A stretch of DNA of 64,000 nt from the human T2T-CHM13v2.0 reference genome, Homo sapiens (GCF_009914755.1 NC_060934.1), one strand, 5' to 3'. Counted from the stretch's first letter, positions 15,870 through 35,827 are shown. Notes: a model not told the origin generated them from the letters alone. Program-made: numbers and translations.

Positions 15870-17149
15870 TAGGAAGTAAGGAAGAAATCATGTGGCTGTC
15901 TGGGGAAAATAGTACTTTAGGCAAAGCAAACAGCTGGGTGCAAAAATCTGAACTGGGAGTGTTCCTGGCAGGTTTAAGGAACAACCAGTGAGAGATGAGC
16001 AGATCTGAGAGGAGACAAGAAGCCAGGTTGTGTAAGGACTTGAGGACCATTGTAAGGACTTCAGCTTTCATTCTAAATGAAAAGGGAAGGCACTGGAAAG
16101 TACTGAGGACAAGAGTTGAGGGATCTAACTTCTATTTTAAAAGGTCATTCTAGTTGTTGTATTGAGAATACCCTGGGGGTGTGGGTGGGGATCTAGAGAT
16201 CATTTAAGAATTTATTAAATTCATCTAGACAAAGATTTTAGATTGGATGAGAACAGTGGTAGAGGTGGTATGAAAGAGTCAAATTCTATATATATTTTGA
16301 AATTAGAAAATTAGAGCTAACAGAATTTGCTGATGAATTTGGATTTGATGAATTAAGAGAGAGAAATCAAATATTATTCCAAGATGTTTTTTGTTTTTTG
16401 TTTTTTTTGAGACAGGGTCTCACTCTGTTCTCCAGGCTAGAGTTTAGTGGTGCATTCATAGATCACTGTAACCTCAAATTCCTAGGCTCAAGTGATCTCC
16501 TTCCTTAGCCTCCCGAGTCACTACGACTGCAGGTGTGTGTCACCACGCCTGCCTGATTTTTAAATCTTTTGTAGAGATGGGGTTTTGCTATGTTGCCTAG
16601 GCTGGTCTCAAACTTTTGGCCTCAAGTGATCCTCCCATCCCTGCCTCCCAAAGCACTGGGATTGTAGGTGTGAGCTACCACCCCCCAGCCTATTCCAAGA
16701 TTTTTAACCTGACCATCTGTAAAGATGGAGTTGCCATTTACAGAGATGGGAAAATTGTGGAAGGAGCTGACTTGGAGGGAAAATTAAGGGTTTGGTTTTC
16801 GACATGTCAGGTTTGAAATATGTTTTGTAGCAAATTCAGATGTCAAGGAAGAGATGGAAATATGAGCAGAAGTTCAGAGAGATTGAGAGAGACAGAAATC
16901 TAGGCTAAGATTTGGGAATGGGCAGAGAGAGAGAACAGTATGCCAGAAGCCAAGCAAAAAAAAAAAAAAGTATTTTAAGAAGTTTAGGAACAATTGGCTG
17001 TAGCAAATGCTGCTGAAAGGTCAAGTAAGATGAGGATAATTGACCATTGGCTTTAGCAACATGTTGGTCATCAGTGACTATGACAAGAGTTAATAAGGGC
17101 AAAAATGGGTTATAATAGGTTCAGGAGAGAATGTGAGATGTATTGGAAT

Positions 17150-17150
<1 letters not shown>
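15870..17150 (-). mobile_element. L2 remnants interrupted by an AluJ at about 16388-16690
   Basis: Purine-rich antisense L2 phrases (tgaggaccattgtaaggacttcagctttcattct, aatgctgctgaaaggtcaagtaagatgagga). Confidence 0.65.
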
Positions 17151-18710
<1,560 letters not shown>

Positions 18711-19335
18711 TAGGCAAAGAAATGATGAGGGGGAGAGAGAGAGAGAGAGAGAGAATAGGAACAGAGAAATTGGAGACATATGCTATATGATAGCATGTTT
18801 GTTGTATTGATAATAAGAATGACTCAATGTAGGGGGGTAATGATGGTAGAGGAAAGAGAGGGTATAATGTTAGAACAGTGCCCTTGAGTAGATGAAAAGG
18901 AATGGTACCTTGTGGCTGGGAGAGGCTGGCCTTAGGCCCTTGGGCTGTTCCTTCATAACAGAGGGGAAGGTAGAAAATAGGAAAATAGGTGGAGGTTGCC
19001 ATATGTGATGGTGGAGCACAACGAAGTGCTCTCCTGATTGTTTTTATTTTCTCTGTTTAAAGACAAAATGGAGAGGAGGATGGAGGCTTGAGGAGGAAGG
19101 ATGAGATGTATAAAATAAGCCATCTAGGAGAGTAGGAGAGTGAATAGACTTGTGTAATGCATTAGCAGCACTTAATGGTCTCCTTGAGGTTAGTAGTCAT
19201 ATTAGCATTGTGTGTTTTTACCAGCCTCATTCAACAGCAGATACAGGTATGGAATAGGTGGAGAACTGGATTTAAGCAGGGTTGAGTATTGCTAGGCAGT
19301 ACAATGAAGGGAAAAGTGGCAAGGGAGTGGTTTTA

Positions 19336-20540
<1,205 letters not shown>

Positions 20541-20977
20541 ACAAATTTTTTTTTCTTTTTCTTTTTTTTTTTTTGAGACAGAGTCTCACTCTGTTACCCA
20601 GGCTGGAGTATAGTGGTGCAATCTCAACTTACCGCAACCTCCATCTCCTGGGTCAAACGGTGCTCATGCCTCAGCCTCCTGAGTAGCTGGGATTACAGGT
20701 GCACACCACCACACCCAGCTAATTTTTGTATTTTTAGTAGAGACGGGGTTTCACCATGTTGGCCAGGCTGGTCTCAAGCTCCTGACCTCAAGAGATCCGC
20801 TCATCTCAGCCCCCACAAAGTGCAAGCATTACACGTGTGAGCCACCACACCCAGCGGGACATGTATTATCAATTTGCAGTGAGGATTTCAAACCAAATTT
20901 TGCCTAATTCTTTTTACTTACTATGCCACTCACTAAAACTCCATGGTCTTAAACATCTAAACTTTATTCATAGGAGA

Positions 20978-21410
20978 ATGGTAGCAGATGCTGTCAGTGT
21001 TCCTTCTATATCCCCTCAGATCCCTTTTCCATTTTCTTGCACATGGATACTCCCAACATCCAGCAGATACGTCTCCGTTGGAGGGCTGCTCTTTGCCTAC
21101 TTGGAGAGAAAGCCAAAAAATACTTGGAAATTTACTTCCCACCAGCAGCTGTTCTTAACCAGTGACTCATTTCTCTTTGCCCTAATTGGGACGACATTTA
21201 GATTGGACCTACACTGTCCCAAATTACCCATAAGCCTGAGCGAAAGTTACCCTTTCCTGAGTTCTCCACAGGGCTTTGCTTGATGTCTCACCCTTGCTTT
21301 GCTTCCTTGCCTTCTAATCTCATAACCCACTACCCTGTGGGTTTTCTTTGAGAACATTTCCCTGTAATTGACTTTCACACTGATGTTTGTTTCAGGGTCT
21401 GCTTCTGAAG
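20978..21410 (+). mobile_element. LTR16-like ERVL LTR remnant
   Basis: Starts tggtagcagatgctgt and ends tttcagggtctgcttct. Family assigned from memory. Confidence 0.5.
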
Positions 21411-21558
21411 CTTATTTTACACAAATCCAATATGTTCAGCATATAGAAACAGAAAATTAGAAGAAGATAGGAATGTTTCTAGAAGCAGGCCCACCTACAG
21501 CAGTGAGAAGTGAGAGCTGATAACCATAATAGCAAGGGAGGAAACAAAAGCACTATAA

Positions 21559-22005
<447 letters not shown>

Positions 22006-23237
22006 AGAAAATTAAATTATATCCAGAAAAAAGACATATCCATGTATAATGCATTTTAAAAGCTTAGCTCAAAATAATATAAGGGATTGAATACACATTT
22101 GACAGGTTCCTCACAACAGTCCACTAAAATGGCAGTAAAAGAGTGAAGAAACTGTATAATCCCATGAAAGCAAAAACAGTGCTAATAATGAAAGTTTGGA
22201 AAGTAGAACGCTAAGTACCTGTTGTGAGGTTGTGGGTGGAAGGTGGCCCTGCCCAAGAGGTAAGTTTATTTGTACTTCAGAGCTCCCATAAAACAGAAAG
22301 TACCAAGCATCACTCAAGGCCAGGTACAGATAGGAGCTAAATAGGGGAAAGTTGGTTAAAAATCTTCTTAAGCCTGGGCAACATGGTGAAACCCTTTCTC
22401 TACAAAAAATACAAAAATTAGCCAGGCATGGTGGAGTGTGCCTGTAGTCCCGGGTATTGGGGAGTCTGAGGTGGGAGGATGGCTTGATCCCAGGAGGTGG
22501 AGGTTGCAGTTAGCCGCGATTGCGCCACTGTACTGCAGCCTGGGCCGCAGAGTGAGACCCTGTCTCAAAAAAAAAATCTACTTAAGCTTTTAGACCTGCT
22601 CTACTCTGACAGAAGACTAGTGGTCTGTTCTCCAGAGCAGTTGAATATGAAGCACTGTTGACTTAGGGATACCGTGTCCAGATGAGAACAGAGCTGCCAT
22701 GTTTTAAAGAGGATTCATTAAAAGTCTATATACCAATCACAGAGACTTCTAGCTCCCTTCCTTAAGTAGCCAGACTTATTTCTCATCTCCCCTCCTACCC
22801 AACCCCAGTCTTCCAAGAAGGGTAAGATTCCTTTCCTTGGAAAACCTGAAGAAAAACAATGTAAATAGCTGGTTGGGATATCCTTTTCTAATCAACCAGA
22901 TCTCTGCGCACCCTGAGTGCGCAGAGAAACCCAAAGCTTGACAGAGCTCAGTCTATGCCCACAGAATGTCTCATCTTTTTTAGTACTTTACTGTCAAATA
23001 TGAATGGTCAGTCAAGAAACCAGACGTCTGAGAAAAACATAAGCGCAAACAGAAAAAAAAAAGTAAATTGGAAAACAAAATAGGGAGCAGACGAACACTT
23101 AAAAAAAAACTTTCGTGTTTTCAAGAGAAATAAGAGATGTTGCATTCTATGTGACAGTAATGAGAGGCCCAAAGAAAATTCAGAGAAAAAGAGCTTTTGG
23201 GGGAAAAAAAAAAAGTAGAGATTTAAAATCCAGCAGG

Positions 23238-24198
<961 letters not shown>

Positions 24199-26141
24199 CT
24201 AGGAAATAACCATGCAGGAGGATTGGAAAATACAACCATTCTAAATTGGAATAAAAGGGAGAAGGCTCTAGGAGAGATTGCCCTGGAGGAAAAATTGAAA
24301 TTGATAGTTTGGGGATGAGTTAGTAATAAGCACTCAGGAAACACAGAGCAAACTAAAAAAAAGAAGAATTTATTAGCTCCAGAGAATTACAAAAAGTTGT
24401 ACAAGAGAGGAATTTTTTTTTCTTTTTTTCTTTTTTTTTGAAACAGAGTCTCGCTCTGTCACCCAGGCTGGAGTGCAGTGGCAACGATCTCGGCTCACTG
24501 CAACCTCCGCCTCCCGGGTTCAAGCAGTTCTCTGCCTCAGCCTCCCGAGTAGCTGTGACTACATGTGCCTGCCACCATGCCCGGCTAATTTTTTTGTATT
24601 TTTAGTAGAGACGGGGTTTAACCATGTGGGCCAGGCTGGTCTTGAACTCCTGACCTCGTGATCCACCCGCCTTGGCCTCCCAAAGTGCTGGGATTATAGG
24701 CGTGAGCCACCGTGCCCAGCCATGTTTTCTTTTTTTAAATACCTTTATTTCCCTAGTTATAAAATTAACATGTCATTGTAGAAAAGTTTTTAGTAGAAAT
24801 GTACAAAGAATAAAAGAAACGTCAATAATTCTGGCACCCAGAGATGACCTATTGGACTATTTTGTTCGTTTCAGTCTCCTTCCCCTTCCTTTCTTCCTCC
24901 CTTCCTCCCTACCTTCCTTCTTTCTTCCCTCTTTCTTTTTTTCTTTTTTGAGACAGGGTCTGGTTCTGTCGCCTAGGTTGGAGGCAGTGATGAAACCTCG
25001 GCTCACTGCAACCTCTGCCTCCCAGGCTCAAGCCATCCTCCCACCTCAGCCTTCCAAGTAGCTGGGACTTACAGGCGCGCAGCACCGCATCTGGCTAATT
25101 TTTGTATTTTTTGTAGAGACCTGGGAGTTGGGGTTGTTCACCATGTTGCCCAGGCTGGTCTCCTGAACTCCTGAGATTAAGTAGTTGGCCCACCTCAGCC
25201 TCCCAAAGCACTGGGATTACAGGCGTGATCCACCATGCCCAGCCTCTTTCTTTCTTTTTCTCTCCCTCTCTCTCCTTTTTCTTTCTTAAAGTGACCTGTC
25301 CTTTATTAGTGGGTAATCATAGGAGCTGTTTGGTGGGGAGGAAAAAGGGACAAATTGAAAATAGAAAAAAAACCAGGGTTACAAAACAAGGGGGGATAGA
25401 GAGAAAGAGGTAAAACAAAAAACAAAAACAAGGGGCCAGGCGCTGTGGCTCACACCTGTAATCTCAGCACTTTGGAAGTCTGAGACGGGAGAATCACTTG
25501 AGCTCAGGAGTTTGAGACCAGCCTGGGCAACAAAGTGAGACCCCATACAAAAAATACAAAAAGTTAGCCAGGCATAGTTTCACGGGCCTTGTAGTCCCGG
25601 CCACTTAGGTGGCTGAGGTGGGAGGATCACTTGAGCCCTGGGCTGTCTAGGCTGCAGTCAGCCGTGATGGCACCACTGTACTGCAACCTGGGTGACAGAG
25701 CAAGACCCTGTTTCAAAAACAACAACAACAATAACAACAAAGCATCAAGTTCAAACCCTGATTGTTTGCACTCTGAAAAGAGCACTTCATGCAAGAAATG
25801 GGCCTTTCTCCCATTGTCCTTTGTGGGTAGTCCTATATCCAGATCTGCTGTGCTATAGCATGGGAGAAAAGGGTTGCCACTTCTTTTTTTTTTTTTTTCC
25901 TCTGGTATTTGCTGTCAGAGAACCCTAACTGGGAATCAATGGACAAGAAACAGGTTCCGATAGGTGGGGGTACTTTATGACACAGATTTTTTCTCCCAGT
26001 TTCTCCAAATATCATTTTCTGTAAGAGATAAGTTATATAAAACCAATTTTAAGGTCATTATTAAAAGAGCACCTTACTGAAAAGGGTGGCATCATTCACA
26101 TGTATACTTCTTCAATTCAAAATCATTTTTTTCTGTTCCAG

Positions 26142-26237
26142 CGTTCCTAGAATCCCATGGGCCTTTGCCATGACGGAAGTATGTGGCATGATTCTGTGCT
26201 ATATTTGGCTCCTGGTTCTTCTTCTTCACAAGCACAG
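26142..26237 (+). CDS. SAMD8: SAMD8 exon 3 (96 nt; SVPRIPWAFAMTEVCGMILCYIWLLVLLLHKHR, TM2)
   Basis: Acceptor ttttttctgttccag|c, donor cacag|gtacct. Phase 2-2, continues the exon 2 frame without stops. Confidence 0.97.
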
Positions 26238-26414
26238 GTACCTCATTACTCCATTAAATGACTGAAAATGTTTTGACTCCTGTATCAAGATCATAAAATC
26301 TTAACCTTTCTCTTTGCAGTTTCCTTGTTAATTTCCTTCTCTGGTCATTGTGACATAGTTATTAACAAAGGATTTTGAGTTTGATCAGTAAGAGTCAGCC
26401 TAAGATAATATCTA

Positions 26415-26759
<345 letters not shown>

Positions 26760-26885
26760 TTAGAAACAAACTGGAAAAGTTACTTTCTGTAGGATAGAAA
26801 CTCTTCCAAGGACATTCTTTGGTCACATGTTTAGATGGAAGAAATTTTCTCTGCTTTGAGGAGGCCCATTAAAAAAGAGATTATT

Positions 26886-27500
26886 GGCCGGGCACGGTGG
26901 CTCATGCCTGTAATCCCAGCACTTTGGGAGGGCAAGGCAGGCGGATCACGAGGTCAGGAGATTGAGACCATCCTGGCTAACACGGTGAAACCCTGTCTCT
27001 ACTAAAAATACAAAATATTAGCTGGGCATGGTGGCGGGTGCCTGTAGTCCCAGCTAACTTGGGAGGCTGAGGCAGGAGAATGGCATGAACCCAGGAGGCA
27101 GAGCTTGCAGTGAGCCGAGATTGTGCCACTGCACTCCAGCCTGGGCGACAGAGTGAGACTCTGTCTCAAAAAAAAAAAAAAAAGATTATTAGCCAGGCAC
27201 AGTGGCACATGCCTGTAACCCCAGTACTTTAGGAGGCTGAGGTGGGAGGATTGCTTGAGCCCAGGTGTTCAAGACCAGCCTGGGAAACATGAGGAGACCC
27301 TGTCTCTACAAAAAATTTAAAGATTAACCAGGTGTGGTGGCACATGCCTATAGTCCCAGCTTCTCAGGAGGCTGAGGTGGGAGGATTGCTTGAGCCCAGG
27401 AGGTCAAGGTTGCAGTGAGCTGTGATTGTGCCACTGCACTCCAGCGTGGGGTGACAGAGCCAGACCCTGTCTCCAAAAAAAAAAAAAAAAAAAAAGAAAG
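26886..27500 (+). mobile_element. AluY followed by AluJ sharing one target site
   Basis: Target motif a..agattatt seen three times (about 26879, 27183, 27499). Confidence 0.85.
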
Positions 27501-28369
27501 ATTATTTTGCACAACATGTACATATAGTCTGTGTGGTTTACTTCAGATGGTATGGGAAGTTGCTAAATTGGAAAGTGTGTCTTGGCACTTTCACCAAAAA
27601 ATATAGACGAAAGAATTTATTTACTTTCATTTTATTTACTTTTACTGCTTCTTGTGGAGCAGGGCTAACTCACAGGCAGTGTACCCAGAGTCAGCCAGGA
27701 AAAATTTTTTAATTAAAAAAAGGAAGCCTGGGGGGCTCCTTTCCTAGTTTAATGGGCAGGAAGAATTAGTGGATTTAAGTAAAAAACAAGGCATTGTAAA
27801 CAAAAAATTTAAAGGTAAAATTAGTAGATATTGCATAAGAGCTCCTGAGGGGCTTTTTAAAAAACTGTAGATATGTGAGCTTTTGAGATTGCTTAAAAAA
27901 AAAAAAAATTGTAGCTTCTGCTCTCCATTGTCTTTGGAACACTGGAGAGAGGAACAAGGGTAGTTGCTTGAGGTTTTGACCTTTCTCCTCACCAGGAAGT
28001 GCTTGAGGTAAACCACAGTGATGAGCTTTAGGTCCTAAGCAGCAGTTATTTCAGTGTTCTGAAGGTGAAAAGAAAGGTTGGTGGTTACTATTCTTATCAT
28101 ACTTTTAGGCCACATTGAGCCATATTCTCTCCCATTTTGTCCTGTTTTGCAGCAATATTTTAAATTCTGGATTGCTTAAAACCAGAGGTGGTTTTAAAAC
28201 ATGTGTATCATTGCTGCTTTCTGGTTAACTTTGCCTCACAAGATCTCATGAACTTGAATTTATCTACTCTTCAAAACTGGAGTTTACCTTACAGGAAACC
28301 TTGGTAGGTTTAACAAAGCATAGAGGTAACCCGTTAAATCCAAGTGTTAATGTTTACTTAGTCAAAGAA

Positions 28370-28455
28370 AGTGTTTCTCAAAGTGTTTGTACCACTTTCA
28401 TTAGAATCACCTGGGTGCTTGTTAAAATGCAGATTCCTAGGCTCCATCTCAGGAG
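28370..28455. mobile_element. MER5-type hAT fragment
   Basis: cattagaatcacctgggtgcttgttaaaatgcagattcct. Confidence 0.7.
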
Positions 28456-29110
28456 TGCACACTAATGCTTGAAACATACCTAGCCTTGTGTTCAGTGCTT
28501 TCTCTGAGGGTGGGAGGATCATTTCAAAAATATGTGATGTATGGTCCCTGTCCTCAGGAATATTAGTCCAACAGTACTGGTGTTGTCACAGTGCAGTTCA
28601 TGATTACCCAAGTGACAGTTACTCAGAATTTTTATTTGATATATACTTGATATAAACATTTTTTTTAAAACATAGTGTTTTATAGCTTAAGTTTAAGTTA
28701 AGAGAAGTTAGAATGAGTATTCGATAGCTACTATCATTAACTAATTTACAGTGGGTTTTTTTGTTTTGTTTGAGATAGGGTCTTGCCCTGTCACCCAGGC
28801 TAGAGCACAGTGACATGATCATGGCTCACTGCATCCTTGACCTCCTAGGCTCAATCAGTCCTCTCCCCTCAGCCTAGGACTGCAGATACACACCAACATG
28901 CCTGACTAATTTTTTATAGACAAGATGTTACTGTGTTGCCCAGGCTGGTCTCAAGCGATCCTCCTTCCTGCCTTGGTCTCCCAAAGTTCTGGGATTATAG
29001 ACATGAGCCACTGCACCTAGCCTACAGTGTTATTAATGAGCAAAAAATTCCCTGGAATCACAGGTGTTTAACTTTACCTCCTTTTTTTGTTTTTTATTTT
29101 TATTTTTTGA

Positions 29111-29260
<150 letters not shown>

Positions 29261-29512
29261 TAAATTATTTGTAGAGATGAGGTCTGGTTATGTTGCCCAA
29301 GCTGTTGTCAAACTTTTGGACTCAAGCAATCCTCCCACCTTGGCCTCCCAAAGGGCTGCAATTACAAGCATGAGCCACCATCCTCGGCCAACTTTATCTC
29401 TTATAAATAATTTAAGAGCAATTTTCAGTAATAGGACTAACACCAGGCTTACTTGTCTTCTGTCTTGTATAACTCTTTTACTTTCTTTTAGCCATATTTT
29501 CTTTTTTTTTGA

Positions 29513-29686
<174 letters not shown>

Positions 29687-29712
29687 TGATGCTCTTAGAA
29701 TCTAATTTAGGT

Positions 29713-29891
29713 CTGTATTGTTCATTATGGCAAAATTTAAATTAACTAAAATGAAATAAAATTTAAAACTCAGTTCCTCAGTCATACTGGCCACATTTCA
29801 AGTCCGTAAGATCCACATAGTATATAAATAGCTTCTTGGACAGTATATGGAACATTTCCGTCATTGCAGAGAATTCTGTTGGACAACGATG
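29713..29891. mobile_element. MER3/MER33-type hAT element
   Basis: aaaactcagttcctcagtcatactggccacatttcaagt ... gaacatttccgtcattgcagagaattctgttggaca. Confidence 0.75.
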
Positions 29892-30037
29892 CTTTTGATG
29901 GTCTTTAAGATTTCTGTCCTCTTCAAAGAGTCTAGTGATTTTTCTGTTTGCTCTTCCTTGAAGTAAATATTTGATGCCTGGGGTTTTTTGGTTTGTTTTC
30001 TTCTGATCTTTCCCCCTTTTTGGTTGATCTGTTACAG

Positions 30038-30155
30038 GTCAATACTTCTGCGAAGGCTCTGTAGTCTGATGGGAACTGTATTCTTGCTTCGCTGCTTTAC
30101 CATGTTTGTGACCTCCCTCTCCGTGCCAGGACAACACCTGCAGTGTACTGGAAAG
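30038..30155 (+). CDS. SAMD8: SAMD8 exon 4 (118 nt; [41 protein letters not shown]3)
   Basis: Acceptor gttacag|g, donor aag|gtagcc. Carries the SMS-family RR...R...T.L..P pattern and ends in phase 0 at codon 264. Confidence 0.97.
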
Positions 30156-30387
30156 GTAGCCTGCTACCTTCTTTATCATTCTTGTTTTTGGTGGGTTGAT
30201 GGCACACTATATGCAATAGGGCTAAGATTTTGCTTATAGTATTAAAATGTGCTTTTTAGTATCTGCAATGTCTATAAAAAAAACTATAGAAATAATTTGG
30301 TAAAAGTCTTAAGCCAGATTCTACCTCTCTCTTATTTCTGTTGAAACTCGTTCTATGCTATGGAGCTATAGAAAACAAGTTTCTTTC

Positions 30388-31430
<1,043 letters not shown>

Positions 31431-32618
31431 AAGTTGCAGTTTGACGACATACTCAGCACTCTAAACTTTACTCTTTCTGAGATAAACAAAATAATGGCTG
31501 ACTTTTGGTTTTCATTTTATATTTTGTGGATTTGTTTTGGTGTACTGTAGACATCTCTTCTCATTAAACAGAAGAAATTATGCAGATGGGAACAAAATAA
31601 GACTGTTAAAATCGCCTGTACTTTATATACAAAATTGGCTAAAATCTGTATACAAATTTGCAAAGAATTTTGTCCAAATTATATACAAATTTGGACAAAA
31701 GAACTCTACTTTTCTAGGCCTCTATGCTTTAATTCTGTGTTCTCACATATTCAAATAAATGTATGTGTTAACACCTTTGTAATTATTTTAATGTTGTTTG
31801 TAACAGCATTCACGTTCACTTCTTGTACTGCAATATCATAGCTGAAATGCCAACAAGGGAAGATTAAGCAGCCAAAGGAGATCAAGAGCTAAAAATATAC
31901 CCCTGAGCTGAAGGGTGACAAAACTTTCTCCTGGTATTAGGAAGGCTTAGACTGACCAGTAAGAAAGGGGGAAGGGTTGATATGACACAGGATTTCATGT
32001 AAAGGAAATGTTTTATTTTTAAGGTAAAAGCTGTTTTGAGGTCTTTTTTTCTTTTTCCAAAAAGGAAAAGTAATTTTTTCAAATTATAAAATTATATGTT
32101 TATTATAAAAATTCAAATTATATAGAAATGTATATATTAAAAAGTAAAAATTCACCTGATTCTTTTTTACCACACCCTATAAATAATACAGTTAACAGTT
32201 GTGTGTATAGCCACACAGACCATTTTTAAGCATACTTACACACTCATATAAGTTTTTTTGGGTTTTTTTTTTTTTTTTTTTTTGAGGTGGAGTCTTTCCC
32301 AGTCGCCCAGGCTGGAGTAGTGTGGCACAGTCTTGGCTCACTGCAACCTCCTCTTCCCAAGTTCAAGCCATTCTCCTGCCTCAGCCTCCCGAGTAGCTGG
32401 GACCATCACACCTGGCTATTTTTTGTATTTTTAGTAGAGATGGGGTTTCTCCATGTTGGCCAGGCTGGTCTCGAACTCCTGACCTCAGGTGATCCACCCG
32501 CCTTGGCCTCCCAAAGTGTTGGGATTACAGGTGTGAGCCACAGCGCCTGGCCCTCATATAAGTTTTCATAGATACTTTTGAAACAAGGTAGGATTATATT
32601 GCAAACATTGTTCTTTAA

Positions 32619-32896
<278 letters not shown>

Positions 32897-33240
32897 TGAT
32901 CCGCCCGCCTTGGCCTCCCAAAGTGCTGAGATTACAGGCGTGAGCCATCGCGCCCAGCCTCTTTAGCCTATTTTTCATTTAATAGTATGTTGTTTACTTT
33001 TTTCTGAAGAAGTACATGTGGTCATATTCATCTTTTTAAAAGTATTCCATTGTGGATACCAGGCTCCAAATGATGTACATTTTGGTTGTTTCAAAATTTT
33101 AGTATTTATAAACAGTGCTATAGTAAACATTCTTGTACATTGTGCTTTTGCACTTACTCAGTTATCTCCTTAAGATAAATTATTGCAAGTAAAATTATAG
33201 AATTAAAGGACATGCACATTAAAAAATATAATATGGGCTA

Positions 33241-33577
<337 letters not shown>

Positions 33578-33994
33578 TCACTACTGCCAACATGTATGCG
33601 TGTCAGCTTTCTCACCCTCTTGCCAGCAGTGCCATTCTGATTGATGAAAGGTAATATCTAATGCTTTTATGTTCTTATTTTTTTATATTTTACATGTTTA
33701 ATTTATTTTGAATTTGTTTCTGTGCATGGTGTGCGCAGTTTCTCCAAAATAGTATGCTGTGTACATGGTATGAAGCGTTTCACCCAAATAGTATTCTAGT
33801 TGATTAGGGGAGATTTTATTGTATTTTAGTCATTGTTTTTTTAAGACAGATTCTCGCTTTGTCACCCAGGCTAGAGTATAGTGTGGCATGATCATAGCTC
33901 ACTGTCAGCCTAAAATTCCTGGTCTCAGGCAGTCCTCCTGCATCAGCCTTCTGAGTAGCTGGGACCACAGGCACACGCCACCACAGCCAACTGA

Positions 33995-34225
<231 letters not shown>

Positions 34226-35324
34226 TGATCCACCTGCCTCGACCTCCGAAAGTGCTGGGATTACAGGCGTGAGCCACCGTGCCTGGCCTAATTTTAATTT
34301 TTTTTTTGTAGAAACAGGATTTCACTTTGCTGCTCAGGCTGGTCTCGAGCTCCTGACTTCAAGTGCTCTTTCCATCTCCACCTCTCAAAGTGTTGGGATT
34401 ACAGGCATGAGCCACCATACCTAGCCAGGACAGATTTTAAAGAAGAAAAATATAAGCTTATTACACTGAAAAGAGAAAATTTTCCATAGCTAAGGGATTT
34501 AATTGTAGGACAGCCACTGAGGAGAGGGATATCCGTGCATAGGGCTGCAACATATGCTGCAAAAATAAATTAGATACCATCCTTCTATGGTATAAACAGC
34601 CCTTTTTCTGTCTCTAATGACTGTTTTTATCAGTTGGTTATATATAGATATTTCTACTCCAATCTGACCTAAATACTGTTAATTGCTTTGAATTATAATA
34701 TAACCTACTTATTGACCCGTATTATTTGCAGTAATTGTTATAAATAGAAATCAAATCCCTTACAGTGAATTCCATAAGGTAGTTTCATTATAATAAATTA
34801 ATTGCTTGAAATTGCATTCCTGGAAGTAAGGGGTTTGAGGACAGAACCAATAACATGCCTATTTTTGAAATTTAGAAACACTTAATGCATATTTCTACAC
34901 CTTCTCTTGTCAAAACATCCTATTCATTCTGCTCCGTTGTGTTTCAGTTTTTATTTTTTGGAAGGATATATGAGACATTTAAGATGGGAAAGGATGGAGA
35001 GATAACTGCCTTTTGACTGGCATCACTAGTTTCCTATCCTTGGTTGAGACATTTTCCTACCAGTCTCTTCTGTTTATTTACTACATGATTTTTTACTTTC
35101 TCAAGAGTAATATATCTCTAAGCCCGTGTTCATAGCGATCACAGAAGAACCAAACCCATGTGTATTATCTTTCTTTCTCTCTAATAATAAATTCTTCTTC
35201 CTTTCTTTCCCTCAAATGAGGCAGAAAGGGAAAGCTGGGCAGTGTATAATCAGCAGGTGAGATTCCTAATGAGATTGTGATATCTATGAGGTTGTTTATT
35301 TTGGTCATATTTGATAGAATCTTT

Positions 35325-35560
35325 AAGACATAGGGCTTTGGAATTGGGTTCCCTGGGTTCACATCCTGACTGTGTTACTTACTAGCTATGTGACCTCTCT
35401 AAGCCAGTTTCCTCATCTGCACAATTAAATCACTTCATAGGATTGCTGTGGAAATTAAATGCAGTAACATATAAAGCACTTAGCAGCATGCCTTGCACAT
35501 AGTAAATGTACATAAAATTTTAGCACCTTTTTGTACCATTATTATGTTATTATTAAATTG
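35325..35560 (+). mobile_element. MIR
   Basis: MIR core acttactagctatgtgacct..cagtttcctcatctg, with tail cacatagtaaatg. Confidence 0.8.
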
Positions 35561-35580
35561 TATTATTATAATAATACTAG

Positions 35581-35827
<247 letters not shown>

